A stretch of 64,000 bases of DNA from an uncultured Phycisphaerales bacterium (GTDB lineage Bacteria; Planctomycetota; Phycisphaerae; Tepidisphaerales; Tepidisphaeraceae): the NCBI GenBank assembly GCA_963844715.1, contig CAWJPJ010000007.1:448001-512000 (forward strand). The letters run 5' to 3'. The number at the start of each line of letters is the position of its first letter. Position 1 is the stretch's first letter. Positions 11,377 through 22,631 of the stretch are shown one piece after another. A model generated the notes under the pieces. It searched no databases. It was not told the DNA's origin and saw only the letters and a program-made list of their open reading frames with translations. A program made the translations under genes and the position numbers.

Positions 11377-12493
11377 CGGGCTGCTCCCAGGCTGTTTCCG
11401 TGGATGGGACCCTTGGCGATCGCGGTTTCAAGGGCCTTTTCCATGAGAAACGCGGCGTCCTGCCACGTATATCGGCATGCCTTAGCATATGCGGCATCGG
11501 ACATCTGCCGCCACTGCGGGTCCGATAACTTGAGCACTTTTGGCGATTCGATCGGCCAGGGCGGCGTGATCCTCGACTTTCACGAGGAAGCCGTTTTGGC
11601 CCTCGTCGATTGTATCGAGGGGGCCGCCCACTTCGGTGGAGACGACGGGGCATCGGCAGGCCATCGCCTCTAATGGAGGGAGATGAAATCCTTCGCTGCG
11701 GCTGCCACAGAGCCAGACGTCGCATTGTGCATACAGATCTCGAATTTGGTCTTGCGGGGGATTGAGCACGAATCGCGATTGCGGGACCGAGTGGTTTGTT
11801 TTCGTCGGCGGCTCGGCGCCGAAGGCGAGCAGTTCCAGATCAGGAACGGATTTTCTTGCTTCAGCGACGGCGGCAAGCGAGACGTCGAGGCCTTTGATCC
11901 AGTGGCGGATTGAAGAGCAATCCGACGGTAGGGATGGGATTGCTTTCCGCGCGGCGGGGCGTGGAAGAGTTCCATATCGACGCTGTTGGGGACACGGGAG
12001 ATTTCGCGATCGGCGAATTTATCGTTCGCCAGGTCCGCGAGCCAGCGCGAGATGACGATTTTGTGGAGCGGGAGTCTCCAGGCGGCATCGACGTCCTCGG
12101 CGTCGCCGCCCCAGGTTTCGTAATGCTGGATGAAAAATGCCTTGGCGCCCTTGGTCGGGGAAAGGTTAGAGATCCACGGGGCGGTTTCCCACCAGGTGGC
12201 GACGACGACATCGGCGTCGGGAAGATCGTTATCGCCGAGCGGGCGGTAGTGATCGATCGCGGTGTGCGGGACGCCGGTGCCGTCGAGGAAGGATTTGCCG
12301 GGTGTCCAGACGGCGGGGAGTTTTCCGGTGCGTAGGAAGCGTCGAGACTTTTCGCTCAGGCCAGCGGGTCGAGCGCGGCGGTGGAGAAGACTTCGACATG
12401 ATGACCGCGGGCGATGAGGTTGCGGGCGTGGGTGGCGATCACGCGCGTCCCTCCGCTGAAACCGGCGTAGGTCATGACGAAGGTGATCTTCAT
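11373..12493 (-). CDS. Glycosyltransferase family 4, frameshifted
   Basis: MKITFVMTYAGFSGGTRVIA at the N-terminus and EGFHLPPLEAMAC at the C-terminus. Confidence 0.75.
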
Positions 12494-13454
12494 GTGGTTT
12501 TCGAGTTTCCGGCTTTCTTCACAGCCAGGGCGGCAAGGCTTTTCCAGGCGGAGATTTTTCGCCGGCTGTGCCATGCAGGCGCGGAAGCCGAGGGATATCG
12601 CCTTCATTTTCTCACCGCTTTGATGATGACGCCAGGAAGCGCCGATGAGCATTTGCTGAGTTTGGTCGGCGGATTTTAGGGCGTGATTTTCCGTATTGCG
12701 CGGGAGGCTCGGGGGGCTTGCCGAGCTGGAGGTCGTCCTGGCCGCGGGATTGGCGCTGTTTTTGGAATTCCCTCGCGGTTTTTTCGAAGAATTCGCGCAG
12801 GTTATTCGCCTGGGTGTGGGTGACGGAATGGTCGTGCAGGCGCCAGCGGTAGGAAATCGCCGGGTCGAACCAGACGCGGAATTTATCGCCGAAGCGCAAT
12901 TGGAAGTCGATGTCGTAGGAGGTTTTGAAATATCCGCGGAATGGCGCGATGTCGAGCATTGCCTGGCGGCGGACGGCGTAGGTGCAGAAGCTGGTTCGGG
13001 TGACGCCGGTGCGGAGTTCGTCGGTGATTTCGCCGGCTGCGGAATCGCGATGCAGCCAGGCGATGGCGGCGCCTTTGCTGGTGAGCGTTTCCATGCCGCC
13101 GGCGACGGCGGCGCACTCGGGATGGGCGACGAGGAGTTCGGCGTGGCGTTTCAGATGATCCGGCGGGTAGAGATCGTCGGCATCGCAAAGGGAGATGAAT
13201 TGGCCGCGGCTGGCGCTGAGGCCGCAGTTGAGCGCTTCGGCGGGGCCGGGATCGGTGGTGTTGCGGATCACGCGAACACGGCGATCCGCGCCACTGCCGG
13301 TCAGGCGGACGCATTCATCGAATCCGTTGGCGTCGTCGATGACAATCAGTTCCAGGTCGGCTTCCGATTGGTTCAATACGCTTTCGGCGGCGGCGGTGAG
13401 GTATTGCCGCTGCGCCGACACCGGCATCAAAATGGAAAAGCGCGGGTCGGACAT
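12490..13454 (-). CDS. Glycosyltransferase family 2, C-terminus frameshifted
   Basis: FSILMPV, VIDD, GPAEALNCG, CDADD and YDIDFQLR motifs. Confidence 0.75.
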
Positions 13455-13461
13455 GATCGGC

Positions 13462-14704
13462 TTAGGTAAATTTCCATTTTGAACGCGTGAAGATCGGGCC
13501 CTCGAAGGGAAGGAGCGTTTGCCCGTTTCCGAAATAGTCTCCGAATTCGACGTCGACGGCGGTGGCGTGCTGAATGTAATCGGCGACGCGGCCGGCGCTG
13601 AAAATTTCCAGATCAATGTTGTATCGTCCGGAAGCGAGGGGAAGGGAATCGACGCGGCAGACCACGGTCTGGCGGCCGGGCTGGATCGTCATCAATTCCC
13701 CTTCGCAGCGCGAGCTGATTCCCAGAACGCGATACCCCTGGTCGGAATTGAACATGATGGTGACCGCGGCGCTCTGGATCGGCTCGGTGACGTTCAGTTC
13801 GATTTCAAAAATGACCGGCGTGCCTGAGGCGACGTGGCGGCCGGCTTCGGCGGGGCGACAGGTGAAACCGGCGATGGCCGGGGCCAGACCCTGAAAACGC
13901 GGGCGGCTGAGGAGATTGAGTTCCTGGGTTTCGCCGGCGCTGTTGAGATATTCGGTGACAACCTCCACGGACGGACCGATCGAGACCAGTTCTCCGTTGC
14001 GGAGATAGACGGCGCGATCGCAAAGCTGGCGGACGGCGCCCATGTTGTGGCTGACGAAGAGGACGGTGCGTCCATCTCCCTGGGCCACTTGCTGAATTCT
14101 GCCGAGGCATTTTTTCTGGAATTCCGAGTCGCCGACGGAGAGGACTTCGTCGACGATAAGAATTTCCGGCTCGAGATGGGCCGCGACGGCGAAGGCGAGG
14201 CGCACATACATGCCGCTGGAATAGCGCTTGACGGGCGTGTCGAGGAATTTTTCGATTTCGGCGAAGGCGACGATTTCGTCGAACTTGCGGTCGATTTCCG
14301 CCTTGTGCATGCCGAGGATCGCGCCGTTGAGATAGATGTTTTCGCGGCCGGTGAGTTCGGGGTGAAAGCCGGTGCCGACTTCCAAAAGCGAGGCGACGCG
14401 GCCTTTCATGCGGGCGAGGCCTTCGGTGGGTTCGACGATGCGGCTGAGGATTTTGAGGAGGGTCGATTTGCCCGCGCCGTTTCGGCCGATGAGGCCGACG
14501 ACTTCGCCGCGCTGGACATCAAACGAGACGTTGCGAAGGGCCCAGAAATCGCCCTCGGATGGGGCTTTCCCGCGCAGATCGGCGAATCGCTTGAAAGGCG
14601 CTTTGATCGCGGAGACGAGGGCATCGCGGAAGGTGAGGTATTTCTCGGCGCAGACCGAGCTGGTAGCACTTTCCGATGTCGGAGATGGAAATGGCCGGGC
14701 TCAT
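13462..14704 (-). CDS. wzt: Polysaccharide ABC exporter ATP-binding subunit with Wzt C-terminal domain, frameshifted near the N-terminus
   Basis: GRNGAGKSTLL Walker A, LLEVGTGFHPELTGREN, YSSGMYVRLAF and VDEVLSVGD. Confidence 0.85.
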
Positions 14705-15603
14705 GCGATGTCCGCGAAGCGGCGTTCGATCTTCTTGAAGTAGTACAAGCCGAAGAGGAGCATGCCCGCGACTTCAACGCAGGCGATAATCAAACCCGGC
14801 CAATCCCAGTGCATGCCCAACAGGGCGGAGCGATAACCGTTGATGATTCCGAAGAGAGGATTGAGGCGAAGCAGCCAGAGTTTCCATGCCGCCAGCGGCG
14901 CCAGGGGATAAGCTACCGGGCTGACGAAGAACCAGCACTGGATCATGAAGGGAAGGACGAAACGGAAATCGCGATAGGTGACGGTCAGGGCCGCAAGGGC
15001 GAAGGCGGTTCCCATGGTGGCCAGGACGGTCAGCAAAAGGAGTACGGGGAAGAGCAGGGTCGAAAGAGGCGGAACGATTCCGCGGCAGAGCATCATGGCA
15101 AAAAAGACGCCGAAGGAAATCATCGTATCGACCAGCGCCGCGCCGATGACGGAAGTCGGGACGAAAAGGCGCGGGAAATAGACCTTGGTGAGGAGATTCT
15201 GCTGATTGACGAGTGATTGGCCGCCGCCGCCGATGCCGGTGGAGAAGAGCATCCAGGGGAGGAGGCCGGCGTAGACGAAGAGGGAGTAGGGCGTGTGGCG
15301 TTCGATGAGTTCCTTGGGCATGTTGGCCGCGAAATTGGCGAAACCGCCGAAGATGGTGGTGAAGATCACCATGTTCACCAGCGGCTGGAGGATCGCCCAG
15401 GCGAAACCGAGGACGGTTTGCTTGTAGCGGACTTTGACGTCGCGCCAGATGAGAAAGTAGAGGAGTTCGCGATAGTGAAAGAGTTCGCCGAAATCGACGG
15501 CGACCCAACCGCGGCTCGGGCGGATTTCAAATTCGGGAATCTCCGCCTCGGGTGGAGCGGGAGCGGCAATGGGGGCGGTACTGGACGTGGCGCTGAGATC
15601 CAT
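14701..15603 (-). CDS. wzm: Polysaccharide ABC exporter permease
   Basis: RDVKVRYKQTVLGFAWAILQP, KVYFPR and ERRFADI; adjacent to wzt. Confidence 0.9.
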   Translation of the reverse strand: MDLSATSSTAPIAAPAPPEAEIPEFEIRPSRGWVAVDFGELFHYRELLYFLIWRDVKVRYKQTVLGFAWAILQPLVNMVIFTTIFGGFANFAANMPKELIERHTPYSLFVYAGLLPWMLFSTGIGGGGQSLVNQQNLLTKVYFPRLFVPTSVIGAALVDTMISFGVFFAMMLCRGIVPPLSTLLFPVLLLLTVLATMGTAFALAALTVTYRDFRFVLPFMIQCWFFVSPVAYPLAPLAAWKLWLLRLNPLFGIINGYRSALLGMHWDWPGLIIACVEVAGMLLFGLYYFKKIERRFADIA

Positions 15604-15709
15604 CTTTGGCAGCTTCCCGAGGTACGGCGGAATCGGCCAGGCAGGTCATGCTACCGCCTGAAACACGAAATTGGCAATAAGCGTCTGCTTATTCAGCTTG
15701 CTTCAGAAC

Positions 15710-17023
15710 TTACGATTCATCAGGTATAGGCATCGGCCAGAATGGCTTGTCTGTTTTCTCGCCACGGAGCCATTGATAGATTTCGAGGACACAGCGGGCT
15801 TTGGCGTCCCAGGTGAAATAATGGCGGGCGCGAGCTCGCGCGGCTTTTGAGCGAACGGCGAGGGATTCTGGGTTCTCTACGACGTCCGATAACAACCCGC
15901 GCAAGTGTTCGACAATATGTCCGCGCGATCCGAGGGGGATGAGATAGCCGGTTTGGGGCGTGGCGAGTTCGCCGGGGCCGCCGTAATCGACGACGACGGG
16001 AACCGCGCCCATGGCCATCGCTTCGAGCACGGCAGCGCCGCCGAATTCTCGGACCGACGGGAAGGTGAAGAGGTCGGCCTCGGCGAGGTGATTTTGGAGT
16101 TCGTTGTGCGGGACAAAGCCGAGGAGGCGGACGGATTCGGCCAGCGACTCGCGCTGGATGGTTTGGGAGAGAAGCTCCTTTTGCGGGCCGTCGCCGATGA
16201 TCTCGAGGGTGAGCGCGCCGGATTTGAGCAGGGGCGTGGCGGCTTCGAGGAGCATGTCGGCGCCTTTGTAGGGGACGAGACGGCCGACGAAGATCGCCCG
16301 CAAGGGGCGCTGGGGGGTGCGATCGCGCGGAGTCGTGAAGCGCGCGGGATCGATCGCGTTTTCCGGGACGTAGAAACATTTCGAGTGAAAGCTGCGCGGC
16401 ATTTGCCGCCAGGTGTCGCGGGAGCCGATGAGGATGGCGGCGGCGCAGCGGCGGGTTTGGAGATAGCCGGGAATAAAGCGATGGGCGTCGCGGATATAGG
16501 AGAGCCATTCTTTTTCTCTGCGCCGCGAGCTGTCGAAGCCGGGCGGCCAGGGGACACCGCCGTTGAGTGGGCCGAGCACGAACGGGACGCCGGCTTCGCG
16601 GCATTTGGCGGCGATGGAACTGGGGATGGTGGGGCTCAAGGGGGTGAGGCGATGAACGATGTCGAATTCGCCGGCGGCGATGCGCGGGCCGAATTGCTGC
16701 CAGACGAGGCGTTCGAAATAGGGATAAGCTGCGGCGGCGAGCGCGGTGGTGGTGGTCCACCCTTTGCCTTTGCCGCCGCGGAGGAGGGACGCCAGCGCAT
16801 ATGCGGGGCGGGCGGCGGGCTCGGAGTCGATCGCCGTGAAATCTTTTCCTTCGATGAGGCCGGCCCGCAGGATGGCGTCGCGATTGCGGATTTGGGTCAC
16901 GAGATGGGCGGGGGTGAGCTTTGAGATCGCCTGGCTGTGGGACCAGCCTTCGAGGGGAATGCTGACCCATTCGGGATTGCAGGCCTCGGCGATAAGAAGG
17001 ACCTTCCCGGGGGGTCGCGGCAT
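15710..17023 (-). CDS. Glycosyltransferase family 4
   Basis: VLLIAEACNP, FVGRLVPYKG and EFGGAAVLEAMAMG; probable leaderless start at ATG 17023. Confidence 0.85.
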   Translation of the reverse strand: MPRPPGKVLLIAEACNPEWVSIPLEGWSHSQAISKLTPAHLVTQIRNRDAILRAGLIEGKDFTAIDSEPAARPAYALASLLRGGKGKGWTTTTALAAAAYPYFERLVWQQFGPRIAAGEFDIVHRLTPLSPTIPSSIAAKCREAGVPFVLGPLNGGVPWPPGFDSSRRREKEWLSYIRDAHRFIPGYLQTRRCAAAILIGSRDTWRQMPRSFHSKCFYVPENAIDPARFTTPRDRTPQRPLRAIFVGRLVPYKGADMLLEAATPLLKSGALTLEIIGDGPQKELLSQTIQRESLAESVRLLGFVPHNELQNHLAEADLFTFPSVREFGGAAVLEAMAMGAVPVVVDYGGPGELATPQTGYLIPLGSRGHIVEHLRGLLSDVVENPESLAVRSKAARARARHYFTWDAKARCVLEIYQWLRGEKTDKPFWPMPIPDES

Positions 17024-17055
17024 GGGGGGCATTCTACTTACAATCGGCTGCGATG
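17021..17055. promoter_or_regulatory. Back-to-back -10 elements driving two divergent, probably leaderless glycosyltransferase genes
   Basis: Minus strand TAGAAT (17036-17031) lies 7 nt before ATG 17023; plus strand TACAAT (17039-17044) lies 8 nt before ATG 17053. Confidence 0.5.
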
Positions 17056-18265
17056 CTCGGAATCATGATCCCGGAATTTCCGCTTCAGACGCACATATTT
17101 TTTTGGCGCGAGATCGTGGCGTTGAGGGCGATGGGGGTTCCGGTCGCGATATTGTCGACACGGCGTCCGCCGGAGGGAGCGTGCCGGCATGACTTCGCGC
17201 CGGAGGCGCGAGAGGAGACGCATTATGTTTATCCGCCCTCCGCGTCGTCGACGCTGGGGGCGCTTTTTACGAATCCAAAAGTGCGGCGGGCGCTCGGCTA
17301 TTTGATGAAGTTGAAGGAGACGCCGTTTCGCGAAAAATATCGCGGGCTGGGATTGTTTTTGTGCGCGGCGGACCTGAAGGCATATTCGAAGCGGAAGGGG
17401 ATCGAGCACATTCACGTCCACTCGTGCGCGGATGCGGCGCACGTGGCGGCGATGTGCAACATTCTGGGCGGACCGAGCTATAGCCTGACATTGCATGGGG
17501 ATTTGCCGGTGTATGGCGTGGATCATGCGGCGAAGATGGCGCGGGCGGCGTGTATTACCTGCGACGGGCCGCATTTGAAGGAGCAGATCGTCGAGAAGGT
17601 CGGGTATCCGGCGGAGTCGCATTTTGCCGAATTGGATGGGGTTGGATACGGAGCATTTCTCGCCGGCCTCTGGCGCGAACGGAGAGGCTGGGAAACTCAA
17701 GTTGGCGACGGTGGCGCGATTGGATGCGTGCAAGGGGCATCGATTTGCGATCGGTGCGGTGAGAAAGGCGGTCGATGCGGGAATGGATATACGGTACACG
17801 CTGGCGGGGGAGGGGCCGGAGAGACGGAATATCGAGGAGCTTGTCGCGCGATTAAATTTAACAGATCGCGTGACGCTTCTGGGCACGCGCGGGGAATCGG
17901 AGGTCTTGGAATTGCTGCGAAAATCAGATGCGTTTGTTTTGAGCAGCGTGGGGATGGGGGAGGCCGGGCCGATTTCGCTGATGGAGGCGATGAGTTGTGG
18001 ATTGCCGGCGGTTTGCAGCGTGATCGGGGCGACGCCGCAGATGCTGACGGATGGGGTGGAGGGGATGCTTGTACCGCAGGAGGATGAGGGGAAATTGGCT
18101 GACGCGTTTGTTCGGCTGGCGCACGATCCGGAGTTGCGCAAAACTTTGGGGGCGGCGGCTCGGCGGCGCGCGGTGGCGCAATTCGATAGCGCGGCGACCA
18201 CGCGCCGGATGCTGGAGTTCATCGAGCTTCACACGGGGTTGACGTTTTCGAAGGACAAGTCGTAG
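17053..18265 (+). CDS. Glycosyltransferase family 4 (EpsE/WcaL-like), one frameshift
   Basis: PEFPLQTHIFFWRE and HIHVHSCA, then ORF 17624..18265 with VARLDACKG and EAGPISLMEAMSCG. Confidence 0.8.
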
Positions 18266-20038
18266 GGGGTCTTGGATTTGATCCAGGCGATCGATCGGGC
18301 AATTTTTCTGGCGTAGGCGACGATGTCGGCGGTTCCGCCGCGGCCGCGGGCGGGCTGGCCGTCCCAGATGGCGATCAGGGCATCGCAATGATCGACGATA
18401 AAGAAACCGGCGCGTTCGTAGGCGGCCTGGCGATCTTCCATCGCGGCGGCGGCAGCGCCGGCGGGGGGTTTGCCGCGCGCGGGTTTTTCGGGGGCGGGTG
18501 GGAAGGCGATGGCGTCGGCGGAATTCAACAGAGATTGGAATCGCGTCAGGTCCGTCGCGTTGAAATCACGGCGGTAGTCGTCGGGTTCGAGAGGTAGGAC
18601 GACGCGCAGGCTGGCGTGTCTGTCCTGCATGGCGGCCTCGGCGACGAGGGAATCGGCGCCGGCGGCGATGGCGGAGAGAGCGATCATTGAGTTTTTGCCG
18701 GCTGACAATCGAGTCATTGCTTCGACGATTTTCGCGCGAATCGCGGGCTCGTCCTCGAGCTTTCGATGGCCGGTGACGCCGATGGTCATGCAATTTACAT
18801 CGGCGAGGGGAGGCGTCGGTTTAAAAAAATCCTTGCCGGAGAGGGTGATGCCAAGGGGAGCGAGATGGCGCTGCGCCTGATCGGTGGCGACTTTGATGTT
18901 TCCCCTGGATTTGGATTGCCCGGCGAAGGCGGCCTGATAGCGCGATCGGGCCGCGGAGAGTTCGCCGGTGAGAAGCTCGGCTTCGGCGAGGGTGACTTCG
19001 TCCCAATAGGAAGCGGCGAGCATTTGCTTGTCGCCGGCCCTGGCGACGGCGTCGACGCGGCGGAGGAGGAGTTGGCGCACTTCGCCGGCGAGGCGGCGGG
19101 AATCGGCGCGCGCGCCGAGCCAGAGGGCGGTGGCGGCGGCGTTGATGCCGAGATAGGCGTTGGAACTCTTGGACCCTTCCCAGCCGCCGAGATAGGCGCG
19201 GTGGCTTTTCTGGAGCATGTCGGCTTCGCCGGCGTCGAGGAAGAGCTGCTTGTAAACGCCGGCGATGATGCCGGCGGTTTCGTCGTCGTCGCGGGTTCGG
19301 GCGAGGAGCGGTCCGGCTTTTTCGACGGCTTTCTTCAGATCGCCGCGGCGCTTCCAGGCGAGAACGGTGAGTTGCTGGATGCGCAGGTCGTCGGGAAATT
19401 TGGCGAAGGCCGGGTCGAGGACGGAGAACGCCAATTCGGTTTCGCCGCGGCAGAGGAGGAGATCGGCGATCACGGCGGCGAGCGTGGCGGCGATCATGTG
19501 GGTCGGTTCAGCATCTCCGGCGGAAAGCTGGGCTACGGGATCGAAATCGGATGCGTCGACGGATTTGAGAAAGAGGGCGAGGCGCAGATCGCCGGCGACG
19601 AGGAGGGGGCTCGAATCGGACGTGATGGCGGGGAGCCTTGAACCGAGGCGGAACTGGCAGAAAAACCAGACGATCCAGCGTTCGGCGAAAAGGGCGGCGA
19701 GGTCGGCATCGGCGGGGGTGTGGTGGCGCAGAATATGGCGCACGTCGTTGCCTAATCGGCGCAGGCCGTTCGCCCAATAAAGCGTTGTGGTCGGGACGAA
19801 ATTAAATTGCGTGAGGGTTTCGAGATTGGCGAAGGCGCGTGGCGCTGGGGGTGATGCCGGCCATTTGGACGGCGGCGGCGCTGAGGACTTCGAGAATTCT
19901 GGCGCTATAGAAGATCGTCGCTTCGGTGGCGCCGATGGAGCGGACCGCGTTGAGATGGGTTAAGTCGGAGGCGAGGCTGTAGCCCTCGGCCTGATAGCCG
20001 GCGACCGGCGCGACCAGGCGGTCCGTGATCAATTCCAT
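18229..20038 (-). CDS. HEPN (DUF4145-like) + TPR (DUF4071/MAP3K-TRAF-binding-like) + SLOG (YspA-like) fusion protein, one frameshift near 19835
   Basis: ORF 19802..20038 joins the frame that reads FANLETL...WANGLRRLGNDVRH into ORF 18229..19743. TPR motifs: ETAGIIAGVYK, YLGINAA, YWDEVTLAEA. SLOG motifs: IGVTGHR, AIAAGAD, CDALIAIWDG, GGTADIV. Confidence 0.7.
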
Positions 20039-20040
20039 GA

Positions 20041-21486
20041 TTACCGCTGCGCGGTGTCGTAATACCCGATGAAATAGAGGAATCGGTTCTGGTTCATCAC
20101 CGGGATGTGATACTCGCGGGCCTTGTCGAGAGTCTCGTCGTACGACTGCTGGTCGGCCTGCTCCTCTTTTTGCCGGCGGACGTAGAACGGGTCCTGCAAT
20201 TGTTCATCGGTGAAATCCTCGACGACGGGTTCGGCGCCCATGACGACGAAATCGGTATCCACGTCGATTTTCTTCTGAATCTTTCCGCCCCAGCGATCGA
20301 TGAGGGCGAGAATCTTGTCGCGATCGCCGTCGGTGGGATGGCCGGTGTGGGCCAGATCGAATCGGCCGTAGACGTAGAAATTGAATTTGTTGTTGCGGTC
20401 GTAAATGAGATTGGCGATGAGATCGCCGGCGGAGATGCTCTTGGTGGGCTGAAGCTGAACGACGCGGCACTGGCTGGAGTCGGCGTCGACGCGCTCGACC
20501 TCGATTGAGCCGAGGCCGGTCGGCATATTGTCCTCGCTCATTCCGTCGCCGAGCTTGGGGATGCCTTCATCGCGGTCATACACCTCGAAGGTCATGCCGG
20601 GGACGATGTGATCGCCCATGCCGAGATTGATGTAGACGATGTCGTCAGAAGCGACTTGAATAATCTGGCCCGCCGTTCGCCGGACGATCGCGTCCTCGAC
20701 AGGGACGCGGCGGCCGGAGAGTTTTTCTTTGGCTTCATCGAGATCCTTATTCAACTGCGCGATTTTTGAATTCAGGTCGGCTTCGGTGGTTTCGTATTTT
20801 TTCAGCTCGGCGTTGAATTCGGTCGTGCGCGTTTCCATCGTCTGGCCGTAATCATTGAGCTGCTTCTCGTATTGATTATTGGCGGCCTGGAGCGAGTCGA
20901 GAGCCTTTTGCTTTTCGTCGTTGGCGTGAGCGACGTCCTCCTGGGCCTTGGTGACCAGCTCCTGGGCGTGGGTGATCTGCTGGGCGGCGTCGGCCGCGGC
21001 GGAATCCTGTCCCTTGCGGGCGCTGTCGGCCTGCTGCTGCTGGCTTGCCGCATAGTCCGTCAGAGCGCCGATCGCGCCAACCAGATCAGGCGGCAGAGTA
21101 ATTCCGTTGAGCTTGGCGCTGGCGGCGGCAAGGGCCGCGGTGGCTTTATCAATTGCGGCGGTGGGCTGGGCGACTGTGGTCGCGTCCTTACCCACGATCG
21201 CATCGGATAGGTCTTCCGATTCCTGCATTGAGGCGGCCAGGACCGTATGCTCGCGCAGCTTTGGGTTGCTGTCCTTGTCCCTGAGCAATGCCACAACGTG
21301 GGGGCTGGTGGTGTCCTCAACGTAGGATCGCATGCGATCCTGGGCGGTCTTATAGAGTTCTTCCTCCTTGGACAGAGCGACGCCGTAGTAGATGGCGAGG
21401 ATGGTCGCCAGGACGAAGCCGATAGTGAAAACCACGACCGCGGTGATGAGACCGCCTCGTGAGCCTTGTGGGCTTACGGGTGGCAT
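20041..21486 (-). CDS. Membrane-anchored coiled-coil protein with C-terminal BRCT-like domain
   Basis: One N-terminal TM helix, a long Ala/Gln/Glu/Lys coiled coil, a beta-rich VYINLG...GMTFEVY segment and BRCT-like LIDRWGGKIQKKIDVDTDFVVMG; GGAGG RBS. Confidence 0.65.
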   Translation of the reverse strand: MPPVSPQGSRGGLITAVVVFTIGFVLATILAIYYGVALSKEEELYKTAQDRMRSYVEDTTSPHVVALLRDKDSNPKLREHTVLAASMQESEDLSDAIVGKDATTVAQPTAAIDKATAALAAASAKLNGITLPPDLVGAIGALTDYAASQQQQADSARKGQDSAAADAAQQITHAQELVTKAQEDVAHANDEKQKALDSLQAANNQYEKQLNDYGQTMETRTTEFNAELKKYETTEADLNSKIAQLNKDLDEAKEKLSGRRVPVEDAIVRRTAGQIIQVASDDIVYINLGMGDHIVPGMTFEVYDRDEGIPKLGDGMSEDNMPTGLGSIEVERVDADSSQCRVVQLQPTKSISAGDLIANLIYDRNNKFNFYVYGRFDLAHTGHPTDGDRDKILALIDRWGGKIQKKIDVDTDFVVMGAEPVVEDFTDEQLQDPFYVRRQKEEQADQQSYDETLDKAREYHIPVMNQNRFLYFIGYYDTAQR

Positions 21487-21676
21487 AAATTATCCTCCAG
21501 AATTCCTAAACGGACACCCGGTGAGCGATAACCTTCTCACCACTGGCGGCACAGCCGCGGGGCCTTCTCGGCAGGGTGGGACAATCCGCCGTCCGCATGG
21601 ACAACCTCTAATTTAACGCGGCTGGTAAACCCAGGTCAAGAAAATCCGGCTTTGCCCATGTAAAGGGTCGTTTTTG

Positions 21677-22631
21677 CTATGGGTTAACGAAACAATCTTC
21701 CCCTTTTATCGAGGAATTGATGACCCCAAGGTCCGACAACTGTTTTGCCAGCTCGTTCCAGCGGTCGGCGGTCATGGTCCCAAGACCGGCGGTTTTGGTC
21801 TGGTCGGTCTCAATAAGGGGCTTTTGGGCGGCGGCGGCTTCGGTGAATGTCTGGGCGTCCATGTCGGAATTCAACTGGTGCATGAGGGCATCGGCGGGGG
21901 CCGGATCGTCGAGATAGGCGCGCCAGCCTTCGCGGCAGGCGGCGGCCATGGCGCGAACGCGAACCGGGTCGCTGCGCCATAGATCGCCTTTGCAGATTAC
22001 GACGGTTGTATAGGGATTGAATCCCTCGTCGGCGATGAGGAAGGTTTGCGGATCGGAGCCCTGATGTGTGGCCAGGATCGGCTCGCTGGTGACGAAGCAT
22101 TGCTGGGAGTAATCGGTCTTGGCGAGAAAGTCGGCGATGCCGCCGTCGTAGCCGGCGATCTTCACCTGCGGGGGGCCGAATTTTTTCAGCAGGTAGTGCA
22201 GCCAGGAATTATCCTCGGCCAGGAGGACGCCGTCGTGAGTGAAGACATCGCGGATGCTGGTGAAGCCGCGGGATTTGTGGACCATGATCCCCTGGGGGAA
22301 GGTCTGATAGACGGTGAAGAACGCGATCACGTCCGCGCCGCTGGCGCGGGCGATGAGAACCTGATCGGCGGCGGTGGTGGCGAAATCGGTTTTTCCGGTG
22401 GCGACCAGTTGCCAGGTATCGGCACCTTCCCCGGCGGGTTTGATATCGGCGGCCAGGCCGTGGTTGGTGAAGGATCCCTTGATCTGTCCGGCGTAGAAGC
22501 CGCCGAATTCGGGTTCGGGTTTCCAATCCAGAGTGAGTGAGACGGGGGAGATGTTTTTGCGCGGTGGCGCGCGTCGAGCAGATTGCGGCGGGGAGAAGAA
22601 GAAGGAGAAGCGGGAGATATTTTTTGAGCAT
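21677..22631 (-). CDS. ABC transporter substrate-binding protein, NMT1/THI5-like, frameshifted
   Basis: Signal peptide, LDWKPEPEFGGFY, and QQCFVTSEP. Confidence 0.75.
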
